NCBI GenBank assembly: GCA_964016885.1
Contig: OZ024750.1
Span: 38,316,001-38,380,000 of the forward strand
Direction of reading: 5' to 3'
Length of the DNA stretch: 64,000 nt
From: Eledone cirrhosa
Lineage: Eukaryota
Position numbers and translations under genes: made by a program
Part shown: one piece after another, positions 46,801 through 61,300 of the stretch
Layout: each line of letters starts with the position of its first letter
How positions within the stretch are numbered: the stretch's first letter is position 1
The notes under the pieces: model-generated
Database searches by the model: none
Told to the model about the DNA's origin: nothing
What the model saw: only the letters and a program-made list of their open reading frames with translations

Positions 46801-47270
46801 TGTACACTGTATGTGATGTACCATGAAGCTATAGCTAACCTGTACACTGTATGTGATGTACCATGAAGCTATAGCTAACCTATACACTGTATGTGATGTA
46901 CCATGAAGCTATGACAAACCTGTACACTGTATGTGATGTACCATGAAGCTATGACTAACCTATACACTGTATGTGATGTACCATGAAGCTATGACTAACC
47001 TGTACACTGTGTGTGATGTACCATGAAGCTATGACTAACCTGTACACTGTATGTGATGTACTATGAAGCTATGACTAACCTATACACTGTATGTGATGTA
47101 CCATGAAGCTATGACTAACCCGTACACTGTATGTGATGTACCATGAAGCTATGACTAACCTATACACTGTATGTGATGTACCATGAAGCTATGACTAACC
47201 TGTACACTGTATGTGATGTACCATGAAGCTATGGCTAACCTGTACACTGTTTGTGATGTACCATGAAGCT
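43825..47270. repeat. Tandem duplication, period 1720 bp (43 monomers)
   Basis: ccatgaatat 43901/45621, atgtctaacc 44191/45911, atgactagcc 44351/46071, gtgtgatgta 44971/46691 and 45291/47011, atgacaaacc 45191/46911. Confidence 0.92.
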
Positions 47271-47479
47271 ATGGCTAACCTGTACACTGTATGTGATGTA
47301 CCATGAAGTTATAGCTAACCTGTACACTGTATGTGATGTACCATGAAGCTATGACTAATCTGTACACTATATGTGATGTACCATGAAGCTATAGCTAACC
47401 TGTACATGTATGTGATGTACCATGAAGCTATGACTAACCTGTACACTGTATGTGATGTACCATGAAACTATGACTAACC

Positions 47480-49800
47480 TGTACACTGTATGTGATGTAA
47501 CATGAAGCTATAGCTAACCTGTACACTGTATGTGATGTACCATGAAGCTATGACTAACCTATACACTGTATGTGATGTACCATGAAGCTATAGCTAACCT
47601 GTACATTGTATGTGATGTACCATCAAGCTATGGCTAACCTGTACACTGTATGTGATGTACCATGAAGCTATGACTAACCTGTACACTGTATATGATGTAC
47701 CATGAAGCTATGACTAACATGTACACTGTATGCGATGTACCATGAAGCTATGACTAACCTGTACACTGTATGTGATGTACCATGAAGCTATGACTAACCT
47801 GTACACTGTATGTGATGTACCATGAAGCTATGACTAACCTGTACACTGTATGTGATGTACCATGAAGCTATGACTAACCTATACACTGTATGTGATGTAC
47901 CATGTAGCTATGACTAACCTTTACACTGTATGTGATGTACCATGAAGCTATGGCTAACGTGTACTCTGTATGTGATGTACCATGAAGTTATGACTAACAT
48001 GTACACTGTATGTGATGTACCATGAAGCTATGACTAACCTGTACACTGTATGTGATGTACCATGAAGCTATGACTAACCTATACACTGTATGTGATGTAC
48101 CATGCAGCTATGACTAACCTGTACACTGTATGTGATGTACCATGAAGCTATGGCTAACCTGTACACTGTATGTGATGTACCTTGAAGCTACGGCTAACCT
48201 GTACACTGTATGTGATGTAACATGAAGCTATAACTAACCTGTACACTGTATGTGATGTACCATGAAGCTATGACTAACCTATACACTGTATGTGATGTAC
48301 CATGAAGCTATAGCTAACCTGTACACTGTATGTGATGTACCATGAAGTTATAGCTAACCTGTACACTGTATGTGATGTACCATGAAGCTACGACTAATCT
48401 GTACACTGTATGTGATGTACCATGAAGCTATAACTAACCTGTACACTGTTTGTGATGTACCATGAAGCTATGGCTAACATGTACACTGTATGTGATGTAC
48501 CTTGAAGCTATGGCTAACCTGTACACTGTATGTGATGTACCATGAAGTTATAGCTAACCTGTACACTGTATGTGATGTACTATGAAGCTATGACTAATCT
48601 GTACACTGTACGTGATGTACCATGAAGCTATGACTAATCTGTACACTGTATGTGATGTAACATGAAGCTATAGCTAACCTGTACACTCTATGTGATGTAC
48701 CATGAAGCTATGACTAACCCATACACTGTATGTGATGTACCATGAAGCTATTGCTAACATGTACACTGTATGTGATGTACCATGAAGTTATAGCTAACCT
48801 GTACACTGTATGTGATGTACCATGAAGCTATGACTAATCTGTACACTGTATGTGATGTACCATGAAGCTATAGCTAACCTGTACACTGTATGTGATGTAC
48901 CATGAAGCTATAGCTAACCTATACACTGTATGTGATGTACCATGAAGCTATGACAAACCTGTACACTGTATGTGATGTACCATGAAGCTATGACTAACCT
49001 ATACACTGTATGTGATGTACCATGAAGCTATGACTAACCTGTACACTGTATGTGATGTACCATGAAGCTATGACTAACCTGTACACTGTATGTGATGTAC
49101 TATGAAGCTATGACTAACCTATACACTGTATGTGATATACCATGAAGCTATGACTAACCCGTACACTGCATGTGATGAACCATGAAGCTATGACTAACCC
49201 ATACACTGTATGTGATGTACCATGAAGCTATGACTAACCTGTACACTGTATGTGATGTAACATGAAGCTATAGCTAACCTGTACACTGTATGTGATGTAC
49301 CATGAAGCTATGACTAACCTATACACTCTATGTGATGTACCATGAAGCTATAGCTAACCTGTACACTGTATGTGATGTACCATCAAGCTATGGCTAACCT
49401 GTACACTGTATGTGATGTACCATGAAGCTATGACTAACCTGTACACTGTATATGATGTACCATGAAGCTATGACTAACATGTACACTGTATGCGATGTAC
49501 CATGAAGCTATGACTAACCTGTACACTGTATGTGATGTGCCATGAAGCTATGACTAACCTGTACACTGTATGTGATGTACCATGAAGCTATGACTAACCT
49601 GTAGACTGTATGTGATGTACCATGAAGCTATGACTAACCTATACACTGTATGTGATGTACCATGTAGCTATGACTAACCTTTACACTGTATGTGATGTAC
49701 CATGAAGCTATGGCTAACGTGTACTCTGTATGTGATGTACCATGAAGTTATGACTAACATGTACACTGTATGTGATGTACCATGAAGCTATGACTAACCT
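47480..49800. repeat. Partial duplication at offset 1760 bp (44 monomers): ~47480-48040 and ~49240-49800
   Basis: catcaagcta 47621/49381, catgtagcta 47901/49661 and tggctaacgt-gtactct 47951/49711. Confidence 0.82.
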
Positions 49801-52399
49801 GTACACTGTATGTGATGTACCATGAAGCTATGGATAACCTGTACACTGTATGTCATGTACCATGAAGCTATGACTAACCTATACACTCTATGTGATGTAC
49901 CATGAAGCTATGACTAACCTGTACACTGTATGTGATGTACCATGAAGCTATAACTAACCTATACACTGTATGTGATGTACCATGAAGCTATGACTAACCT
50001 GTACACTGTATGTGATGTACCATGAAGCTATGACTAACCTGTACACTGTATGTGATGTACCACGAAGCTATGACTAACCTATACACTGTATGTGATGTAC
50101 CATGCAGCTATGACTAACCTGTACACTGTATGTGATGTACCATGAAGCTATGGCTAACCTGTACACTGTATGTGATGTACCTTGAAGCTATGGCTAATCT
50201 GTACACTGTATGTGATGTACCATGAAGTTATAGCTAACCTGTACACTGTATGTGATGAACTATGAAGCTATGACTAATCTGTACACTGTATGTGATATAC
50301 CATGAAGCTATGACTAATCTGTACACTGTATGTGATGTAACATGAAGCTATAACTAACCTGTACACTGTATGTGATGTACCATGAAGCTATGACTAACCT
50401 ATACACTGTATGTGATGTACCATGAAGCTATAGCTAACCTGTACACTGTATGTGATGTACCATGAAGTTATAGCTAACCTGTACACTGTATGTGATGTAC
50501 CATGAAGCTATGACTAATCTGTACACTGTATGTGATGTACCATGAAGCTATGACTAACCTGTACACTGTATGTGATGTACCATGAAGCTATAGCTAACCT
50601 ATACACTGTATGTGATGTACCATGAAGCTATGACAAACCTGTACACTGTATGTGATGTACCATGAAGCTATGACTAAACTATACACTGTATGTGATGTAC
50701 CATGAAGCTATGACTAACCTGTACACTGTATGTGATGTACCATGAAGCTATGACTAACATGTACACTGTATGTGATGTACCATGAAGCTATGACTAACCT
50801 GTACACTGTATGTGATGTACCATGAAGCTATGACTAACCTATACACTGTATGTGATGTACCATGAAGCTATGACTAACCTGTACACTGTATGTGATGTAC
50901 CATGAAGCTATGGCTAACCTGTACACTGTATGTGATGTACCATGAAGCTATGGCTAACCTGTACACTGTATGTGATGTACCATGAAGTTATAGCTAACCT
51001 GTACACTGTATGTGATGTACCATGAAGCTATGACTAATCTGTACACTGTATGTGATGTACCATGAAGCTATAGCTAACCTGTACACTGTATGTGATGTAC
51101 CATGAAGCTATGACTAACCTGTACACTGTATGTGATGTACCATGAAGCTATGACTAACCTGTACACTGTATGTGATGTAACATGAAGCTATAGCTAACCT
51201 GTACACTGTATGTGATGTACCATGAAGCTATGACTAACCTATACACTGTATGTGATGTACCATGAAGCTATGGCTAACCTGTACACTGTATGTGATGTAC
51301 CATGAAGTTATAGCTAACCTGTACACTGTATGTGATGTACCATGAAGCTATGACTAATCTGTACACTGTATGTGATGTACCATGAAGCTATGACTAACCT
51401 GTACACTGTATGTGATGTACCATGAAGCTATGACTAACCTGTACACTGTATGTGATGTACCATGAAGCTATGGCTAACCTGTACACTGTATGTGATGTAC
51501 CATGAAGCTATGGCTAACCTGTACACTGTATGTGATGTACCATGAAGCTATGGCTAACCTGTACACTGTATGTGATGTACCATGAAGCTATGGCTAACCT
51601 GTACACTGTATGTGATGTACCATGAAGCTATGGCTAACCTGTACACTGTATGTGATGTACCATGAAGCTATGACTAACCTGTACACTGTATGTGATGTAC
51701 CATGAAGCTATGACTAACCTGTACACTGTATGTGATGTACCATGAAGCTATAGCTAACCTATACACTGTATGTGATGTACCATGAAACTATGACTAACCT
51801 GTACACTGTATGTGATGTACCATGAAGCTATGGCTAATCTGTACACTGTATGTGATGTAACATGAAGCTATAGCTAACCTGTACACTGTATGTGATGTAA
51901 CATGAAGCTATGACTAACCTGTACACTGTATGTGATGTACCATGAAGCTATGACTAACCTGTACACTGTATGTGATGTACCATGAAGCTATGACTAACCT
52001 ATACACTGTATGTGATGTACCATGTAGCTATGACTAACCTTTACACTGTATGTGATGTACCATGAAGCTATGGCTAACCTGTACACTGTATGTGATGTAA
52101 CATGAAGCTATGGCTAACCTGTACACTGTATGTGATGTACCATGAAGTTATGACTAACATGTACACTGTATGTGATGTACCATGAAGCTATGACTAACCT
52201 GTACACTGTATGTGATGTACCATGAAGCTATGGATAACCTGTACACTGTATGTGATGTACCATGAAGCTATGACTAACCTATACACTGTATGTGATGTAC
52301 CATGAAGCTATGACTAACCCGTACACTGTATGTGATGTACCATGAAGCTATGGTTAACCTGTACACTGTATGTGATGTACCATGAAGCTATGGCTAACC

Positions 52400-55300
52400 T
52401 GTACACTGTATGTGATGTACCATGAAGCTATGGCTAACCTGTACACTGTATGTCATGTACCATGAAGCTATGACTAACCTATACACTGTATGTGATGTAC
52501 CATGAAGCTATGACTAACCTGTACACTGTATGTGATGTACCATGAAGCTATGGCTAACCTGTACACTGTTTGTGATGTACCATGAAGCTATGGCTAACCT
52601 GTACACTGTATGTGATGTACCATGAAGTTATAGCTAACCTGTACACTGTATGTGATGTACCATGAAGCTATGACTAATCTGTACACTGTATGTGATGTAC
52701 CATGAAGCTATAGCTAACCTGTACACTGTATGTGATGTACCATGAAGCTATGACTAACCTGTACACTGTATGTGATGTACCATGAAGCTATGACTAACCT
52801 GTACACTGTATGTGATGTAACATGAAGCTATAGCTAACCTGTACACTGTATGTGATGTACCATGAAGCTATGACTAACCTATACACTGTATGTGATGTAC
52901 CATGAATATATAGCTAACCTGTACACTGTATGTGATGTACCATGAAGCTATGACTAACCTGTACACTGTATGTGATGTACCATGAAGCTATGACTAACCT
53001 GTACACTCTATGTGATGTACCATGAAGCTATGGCTAACCTGTACACTGTATGTGATGTACCATGAAGCTATGGCTAACCTTTACACTGTATGTGATGTAC
53101 CATGAAGCTATGGCTAACCTGTACACTGTATGTGATGTACCATGAAGCTATGGCTAACCTGTACACTGTATGTGATGTACCATGAAGCTATGACTAACCT
53201 GTACACTGTATATGATGTACCATGAAGCTATGACTAACATGTACACTGTATGTGATGTACCATGAAGCTATGACTAACCTGTACACTGTATGTGATGTAC
53301 CATGAAGCTATGGCTAACCTTTACACTGTATGTGATGTACCATGAAGCTATGGCTAACCTGTAAACTGTATGTGATGTACCATGAAGCTATGGCTAACCT
53401 GTACACTGTATGTGATGTAACATGAAGCTATGACTAACCTCTACACTGTATGTGATGTACCATGAAGCTATGACTAACCTGTACACTGTATGTGATGTAC
53501 CATGAAGCTATAGCTAACCTATACACTGTATGTGATGTACCATGAAACTATGACTAACCTGTACACTGTATGTGATGTACCATGAAGCTATGGCTAATCT
53601 GTACACTGTATGTGATGTAACATGAAGCTATAGCTAACCTGTACACTGTATGTGATGTACCATGAAGCTATGACTAACCTGTACACTGTATGTGATGTAC
53701 CATGAAGCTATGACTAACCTGTACACTGTATGTGATGTACCATGAAGCTATGGCTAACCTGTACACTGTATGTGATGTACCATGAAGCTATGGCTAACCT
53801 GTACACTGTATGTGATGTACCATGAAGCTATGGCTAACCTGTACACTGTATGTGATGTACCATGAAGCTATGGCTAACCTGTACACTGTATGTGATGTAC
53901 CATGAAGCTATGACTAACCTGTACACTGTATATGATGTACCATGAAGCTATGACTAACATGTACACTGTATGCGATGTACCATGAAGCTATGACTAACCT
54001 GTACACTGTATGTGATGTACCATGAAGCTATGACTAACCTATACACTGTATGTGATGTACCATGTAGCTATGACTAACATTTACACTCTATGTGATGTAC
54101 CATGAAGCTATGGCTAACCTGTACACTGTATGTGATGTACCATGAAGCTATGGCTAACCTGTACACTGTATGTGATGTACCATGAAGTTATGACTAACAT
54201 GTACACTGTATGTGATGTACCATGAAGCTATGACTAACCTGTACACTGTATGTGATGTACCATGAAGCTATGGATAACCTGTACACTGTATGTGATGTAC
54301 CATGAAGCTATGACTAACCTATACACTGTATGTGATGTACCATGAAGCTATGACTAACCTGTACACTGTATGTGATGTACAATGAAGCTATGACTAACCC
54401 GTACACTGTATGTGATGTACCATGAAGCTATGGTTAACCTGTACACTGTATGTGATGTACCATGAAGCTATGGCTAACCTGTACACTGTATGTGATGTAC
54501 CATGAAGCTATGGCTAACCTGTACACTGTATGTGATGTACCATGAAGCTATGGCTAACCTGTACACTGTATGTGATGTACCATGAAGCTATGACTAACCT
54601 GTACACTGTATATGATGTACCATGAAGCTATGACTAACATGTACACTGTATGCGATGTACCATGAAGCTATGACTAACCTGTACACTGTATGTGATGTAC
54701 CATGAAGCTATGACTAACCTATACACTGTATGTGATGTACCATGTAGCTATGACTAACATTTACACTGTATGTGATGTACCATGAAGCTATGGCTAACCT
54801 GTACACTGTATGTGATGTACCATGAAGCTATGGCTAACCTGTACACTGTATGTGATGTACCATGAAGTTATGACTAACATGTACACTGTATGTGATGTAC
54901 CATGAAGCTATGACTAACCTGTACACTGTATGTGATGTACCATGAAGCTATGGATAACCTGTACACTGTATGTGATGTACCATGAAGCTATGACTAACCT
55001 ATACACTGTATGTGATGTACCATGAAGCTATGACTAACCTGTACACTGTATGTGATGTACAATGAAGCTATGACTAACCCGTACACTGTATGTGATGTAC
55101 CATGAAGCTATGGTTAACCTGTACACTGTATGTGATGTACCATGAAGCTATGGCTAACCTGTACACTGTATGTGATGTACCATGAAGCTATGGCTAACCT
55201 GTACACTGTATGTCATGTACCATGAAGCTATGACGAACCTATACACTGTATGTGATGTACCATGAAGCTATGACTAACCTGTACACTGTATGTGATGTAC

Positions 55301-58300
55301 CATGAAGCTATGGCTAACCTGTACACTGTTTGTGATGTACCATGAAGCTATGGCTAACCTGTACACTGTATGTGATGTACCATGAAGTTATAGCTAACCT
55401 GTACACTGTATGTGATGTACCATGAAGCTATGACTAATCTGTACACTGTATGTGATGTACCATGAAGCTATAGCTAACCTGTACACTGTATGTGATGTAC
55501 CATGAAGCTATGACTAACCTGTACACTGTATGTGATGTAACATGAAGCTATAGCTAACCTGCACACTGTATGTGATGTACCATGAAGCTATGGCTAACCT
55601 GTACACTGTATGTCATGTACCATGAAGCTATGACTAACCTATACACTGTATGTGATGTACCATGAAGCTATGACTAACCTGTACACTGTATGTGATGTAC
55701 CATGAAGCTATGGCTAACCTGTACACTGTTTGTGATGTACCATGAAGCTATGGCTAACCTGTACACTGTATGTGATGTACCATGAAGTTATAGCTAACCT
55801 GTACACTGTATGTGATGTACCATGAAGCTATGACTAATCTGTACACTGTATGTGATGTACCATGAAGCTATAGCTAACCTGTACACTGTATGTGATGTAC
55901 CATGAAGCTATGACTAACCTGTACACTGTATGTGATGTACCATGAAGCTATGACTAACCTGTACACTGTATGTGATGTAACATGAAGCTATAGCTAACCT
56001 GTACACTGTATGTGATGTACCATGAAGCTATGACTAACCTATACACTGTATGTGATGTACCATGAATATATAGCTAACCTGTACACTGTATGTGATGTAC
56101 CATGAAGCTATGACTAACCTGTACACTGTATGTGATGTACCATGAAGCTATGACTAACCTGTACACTCTATGTGATGTACCATGAAGCTATGGCTAACCT
56201 GTACACTGTATGTGATGTACCATGAAGCTATGGCTAACCTTTACACTGTATGTGATGTACCATGAAGCTATGGCTAACCTGTACACTGTATGTGATGTAC
56301 CATGAAGCTATGGCTAACTTGTACACTGTATGTGATGTACCATGAAGCTATGACTAACCTGTACACTGTATATGATGTACCATGAAGCTATGTCTAACAT
56401 GTACACTGTATGTGATGTACCATGAAGCTATGACTAACCTGTACACTGTATGTGATGTACCATGAAGCTATGGCTAACCTTTACACTGTATGTGATGTAC
56501 CATGAAGCTATGGCTAACCTGTAAACTGTATGTGATGTACCATGAAGCTATGGCTAACCTGTACACTGTATGTGATGTAACATGAAGCTATGACTAACCT
56601 CTACACTGTATGTGATGTACCATGAAGCTATGACTAACCTGTACACTGTATGTGATGTACCATGAAGCTATAGCTAACCTATACACTGTATGTGATGTAC
56701 CATGAAACTATGACTAACCTGTACACTGTATGTGATGTACCATGAAGCTATGGCTAATCTGTACACTGTATGTGATGTAACATGAAGCTATAGCTAACCT
56801 GTACACTGTATGTGATGTACCATGAAGCTATGACTAACCTGTACACTGTATGTGATGTACCATGAAGCTATGACTAACCTGTACACTGTATGTGAAGTAC
56901 CATGAAGCTATGTCTAACCTGTACACTGTATGTGATGTACCATGAAGCTATGGCTAACCTGTACACTGTATGTGATGTACCATGAAGCTATGGCTAACCT
57001 GTACACTGTATGTGATGTACCATGAAGCTATGGCTAACCTGTACACTGTATGTGATGTACCATGAAGCTATGACTAACCTGTACACTGTATATGATGTAC
57101 CATGAAGCTATGACTAACATGTACACTGTATGCGATGTACCATGAAGCTATGACTAACCTGTACACTGTATGTGATGTACCATGAAGCTATGACTAACCT
57201 GTACACTGTATGTGATGTACCATGAAGCTATGGCTAACCTGTACACTGTATGTGATGTACCATGAAGCTATGACTAACCTATACACTGTATGTGATGTAC
57301 CATGTAGCTATGACTAACATTTACACTGTATGTGATGTACCATGAAGCTATGGCTAACCTGTACACTGTATGTGATGTACCATGAAGCTATGGCTAACCT
57401 GTACACTGTATGTGATGTACCATGAAGTTATGACTAACATGTACACTGTATGTGATGTACCATGAAGCTATGACTAACCTGTACACTGTATGTGATGTAC
57501 CATGAAGCTATGGATAACCTGTACACTGTATGTGATGTACCATGAAGCTATGACTAATCTATACACTGTATGTGATCTACCATGAAGCTATGACTAACCT
57601 GTACACTGTATGTGATGTACAATGAAGCTATGACTAACCCGTACACTGTATGTGATGTACCATGAAGCTATGGTTAACCTGTCCACTGTATGTGATGTAC
57701 CATGAAGCTATGGCTAACCTGTACACTGTATGTGATGTACCATGAAGCTATGGCTAACCTGTACACTGTATGTCATGTACCATGAAGCTATGACTAACCT
57801 ATACACTGTATGTGATGTACCATGAAGCTATGACTAACCTGTACACTGTATGTGATGTACCATGAAGCTATGGCTAACCTGTACACTGTTTGTGATGTAC
57901 CATGAAGCTATGGCTAACCTGTACACTGTATGTGATGTACCATGAAGTTATAGCTAACCTGTACACTGTATGTGATGTACCATGAAGCTATGACTAATCT
58001 GTACACTGTATGTGATGTACCATGAAGCTATAGCTAACCTGTACACTGTATGTGATGTACCATGAAGCTATGGCTAACCTGTACACTGTATGTGATGTAC
58101 CATGAAGCTATGGCTAACCTGTACACTGTATGTGATGTACCATGAAGCTATGGCTAACCTGTACACTGTATGTGATGTACCATGAAGCTATGACTAACCT
58201 GTACACTGTATATGATGTACCATGAAGCTATGACTAACATGTACACTGTATGCGATGTACCATGAAGCTATGACTAACCTGTACACTGTATGTGATGTAC

Positions 58301-61300
58301 CATGAAGCTATGACTAACCTATACACTGTATGTGATGTACCATGTAGCTATGACTAACATTTACACTGTATGTGATGTACCATGAAGCTATGGCTAACCT
58401 GTACACTGTATGTGATGTACCATGAAGCTATGGCTAACCTGTACACTGTATGTGATGTACCATGAAGTTATGACTAACATGTACACTGTATGTGATGTAC
58501 CATGAAGCTATGACTAACCTGTACACTGTATGTGATGTACCATGAAGCTATGGATAACCTGTACACTGTATGTGATGTACCATGAAGCTATGACTAACCT
58601 ATACACTGTATGTGATGTACCATGAAGCTATGACTAACCTGTACACTGTATGTGATGTACAATGAAGCTATGACTAACCCGTACACTGTATGTGATGTAC
58701 CATGAAGCTATGGTTAACCTGTACACTGTATGTGATGTACCATGAAGCTATGGCTAACCTGTACACTGTATGTGATGTACCATGAAGCTATGGCTAACCT
58801 GTACACTGTATGTCATGTACCATGAAGCTATGACGAACCTATACACTGTATGTGATGTACCATGAAGCTATGACTAACCTGTACACTGTATGTGATGTAC
58901 CATGAAGCTATGGCTAACCTGTACACTGTTTGTGATGTACCATGAAGCTATGGCTAACCTGTACACTGTATGTGATGTACCATGAAGTTATAGCTAACCT
59001 GTACACTGTATGTGATGTACCATGAAGCTATGACTAATCTGTACACTGTATGTGATGTACCATGAAGCTATAGCTAACCTGTACACTGTATGTGATGTAC
59101 CATGAAGCTATGACTAACCTGTACACTGTATGTGATGTAACATGAAGCTATAGCTAACCTGTACACTGTATGTGATGTACCATGAAGCTATGACTAACCT
59201 ATACACTGTATGTGATGTACCATGAATATATAGCTAACCTGTACACTGTATGTGATGTACCATGAAGCTATGACTAACCTGTACACTGTATGTGATGTAC
59301 CATGAAGCTATGGCTAACCTGTACACTGTATGTGATGTACCATGAAGCTATGGCTAACCTGTACACTGTATGTCATGTACCATGAAGCTATGACTAACCT
59401 ATACACTGTATGTGATGTACCATGAAGCTATGACTAACCTGTACACTGTATGTGATGTACCATGAAGCTATGGCTAACCTGTACACTGTTTGTGATGTAC
59501 CATGAAGCTATGGCTAACCTGTACACTGTATGTGATGTACCATGAAGTTATAGCTAACCTGTACACTGTATGTGATGTACCATGAAGCTATGACTAATCT
59601 GTACACTGTATGTGATGTACCATGAAGCTATAGCTAACCTGTACACTGTATGTGATGTACCATGAAGCTATGACTAACCTGTACACTGTATGTGATGTAC
59701 CATGAAGCTATGACTAACCTGTACACTGTATGTGATGTAACATGAAGCTATAGCTAACCTGTACACTGTATGTGATGTACCATGAAGCTATGACTAACCT
59801 ATACACTGTATGTGATGTACCATGAATATATAGCTAACCTGTACACTGTATGTGATGTACCATGAAGCTATGACTAACCTGTACACTGTATGTGATGTAC
59901 CATGAAGCTATGGCTAACCTGTACACTGTATGTGATGTACCATGAAGCTATGGCTAACCTTTACACTGTATGTGATGTACCATGAAGCTATGGCTAACCT
60001 GTACACTGTATGTGATGTACCATGAAGCTATGGCTAACCTGTACACTGTATGTGATGTACCATGAAGCTATGACTAACCTGTACACTGTATATGATGTAC
60101 CATGAAGCTATGACTAACATGTACACTGTATGTGATGTACCATGAAGCTATGACTAACCTGTACACTGTATGTGATGTACCATGAAGCTATGGCTAACCT
60201 TTACACTGTATGTGATGTACCATGAAGCTATGGCTAACCTGTAAACTGTATGTGATGTACCATGAAGCTATGGCTAACCTGTACACTGTATGTGATGTAA
60301 CATGAAGCTATGACTAACCTCTACACTGTATGTGATGTACCATGAAGCTATGACTAACCTGTACACTGTATGTGATGTACCATGAAGCTATAGCTAACCT
60401 ATACACTGTATGTGATGTACCATGAAACTATGACTAACCTGTACACTGTATGTGATGTACCATGAAGCTATGGCTAATCTGTACACTGTATGTGATGTAA
60501 CATGAAGCTATAGCTAACCTGTACACTGTATGTGATGTACCATGAAGCTATGACTAACCTGTACACTGTATGTGATGTACCATGAAGCTATGACTAACCT
60601 GTACACTGTATGTGAAGTACCATGAAGCTATGGCTAACCTGTACACTGTATGTGATGTACCATAAAGCTATGGCTAACCTGTACACTGTATGTGATGTAC
60701 CATGAAGCTATGGCTAACCTGTACACTGTATGTGATGTACCATGAAGCTATGGCTAACCTGTACACTGTATGTGATGTACCATGAAGCTATGACTAACCT
60801 GTACACTGTATATGATGTACCATGAAGCTATGACTAACATGTACACTGTATGCGATGTACCATGAAGCTATGACTAACCTGTACACTGTATGTGATGTAC
60901 CATGAAGCTATGACTAACCTGTACACTGTATGTGATGTACCATGAAGCTATGACTAACCTGTACACTGTATGTGATGTACCATGAAGCTATGACTAACCT
61001 ATACACTGTATGTGATGTACCATGTAGCTATGACTAACATTTACACTGTATGTGATGTACCATGAAGCTATGGCTAACCTGTACACTGTATGTGATGTAC
61101 CATGAAGCTATGGCTAACCTGTACACTGTATGTGATGTACCATGAAGTTATGACTAACATGTACACTGTATGTGATGTACCATGAAGCTATGACTAACCT
61201 GTACACTGTATGTGATGTACCATGAAGCTATGGATAACCTGTACACTGTATGTGATGTACCATGAAGCTATGACTAACCTATACACTGTATGTGATGTAC

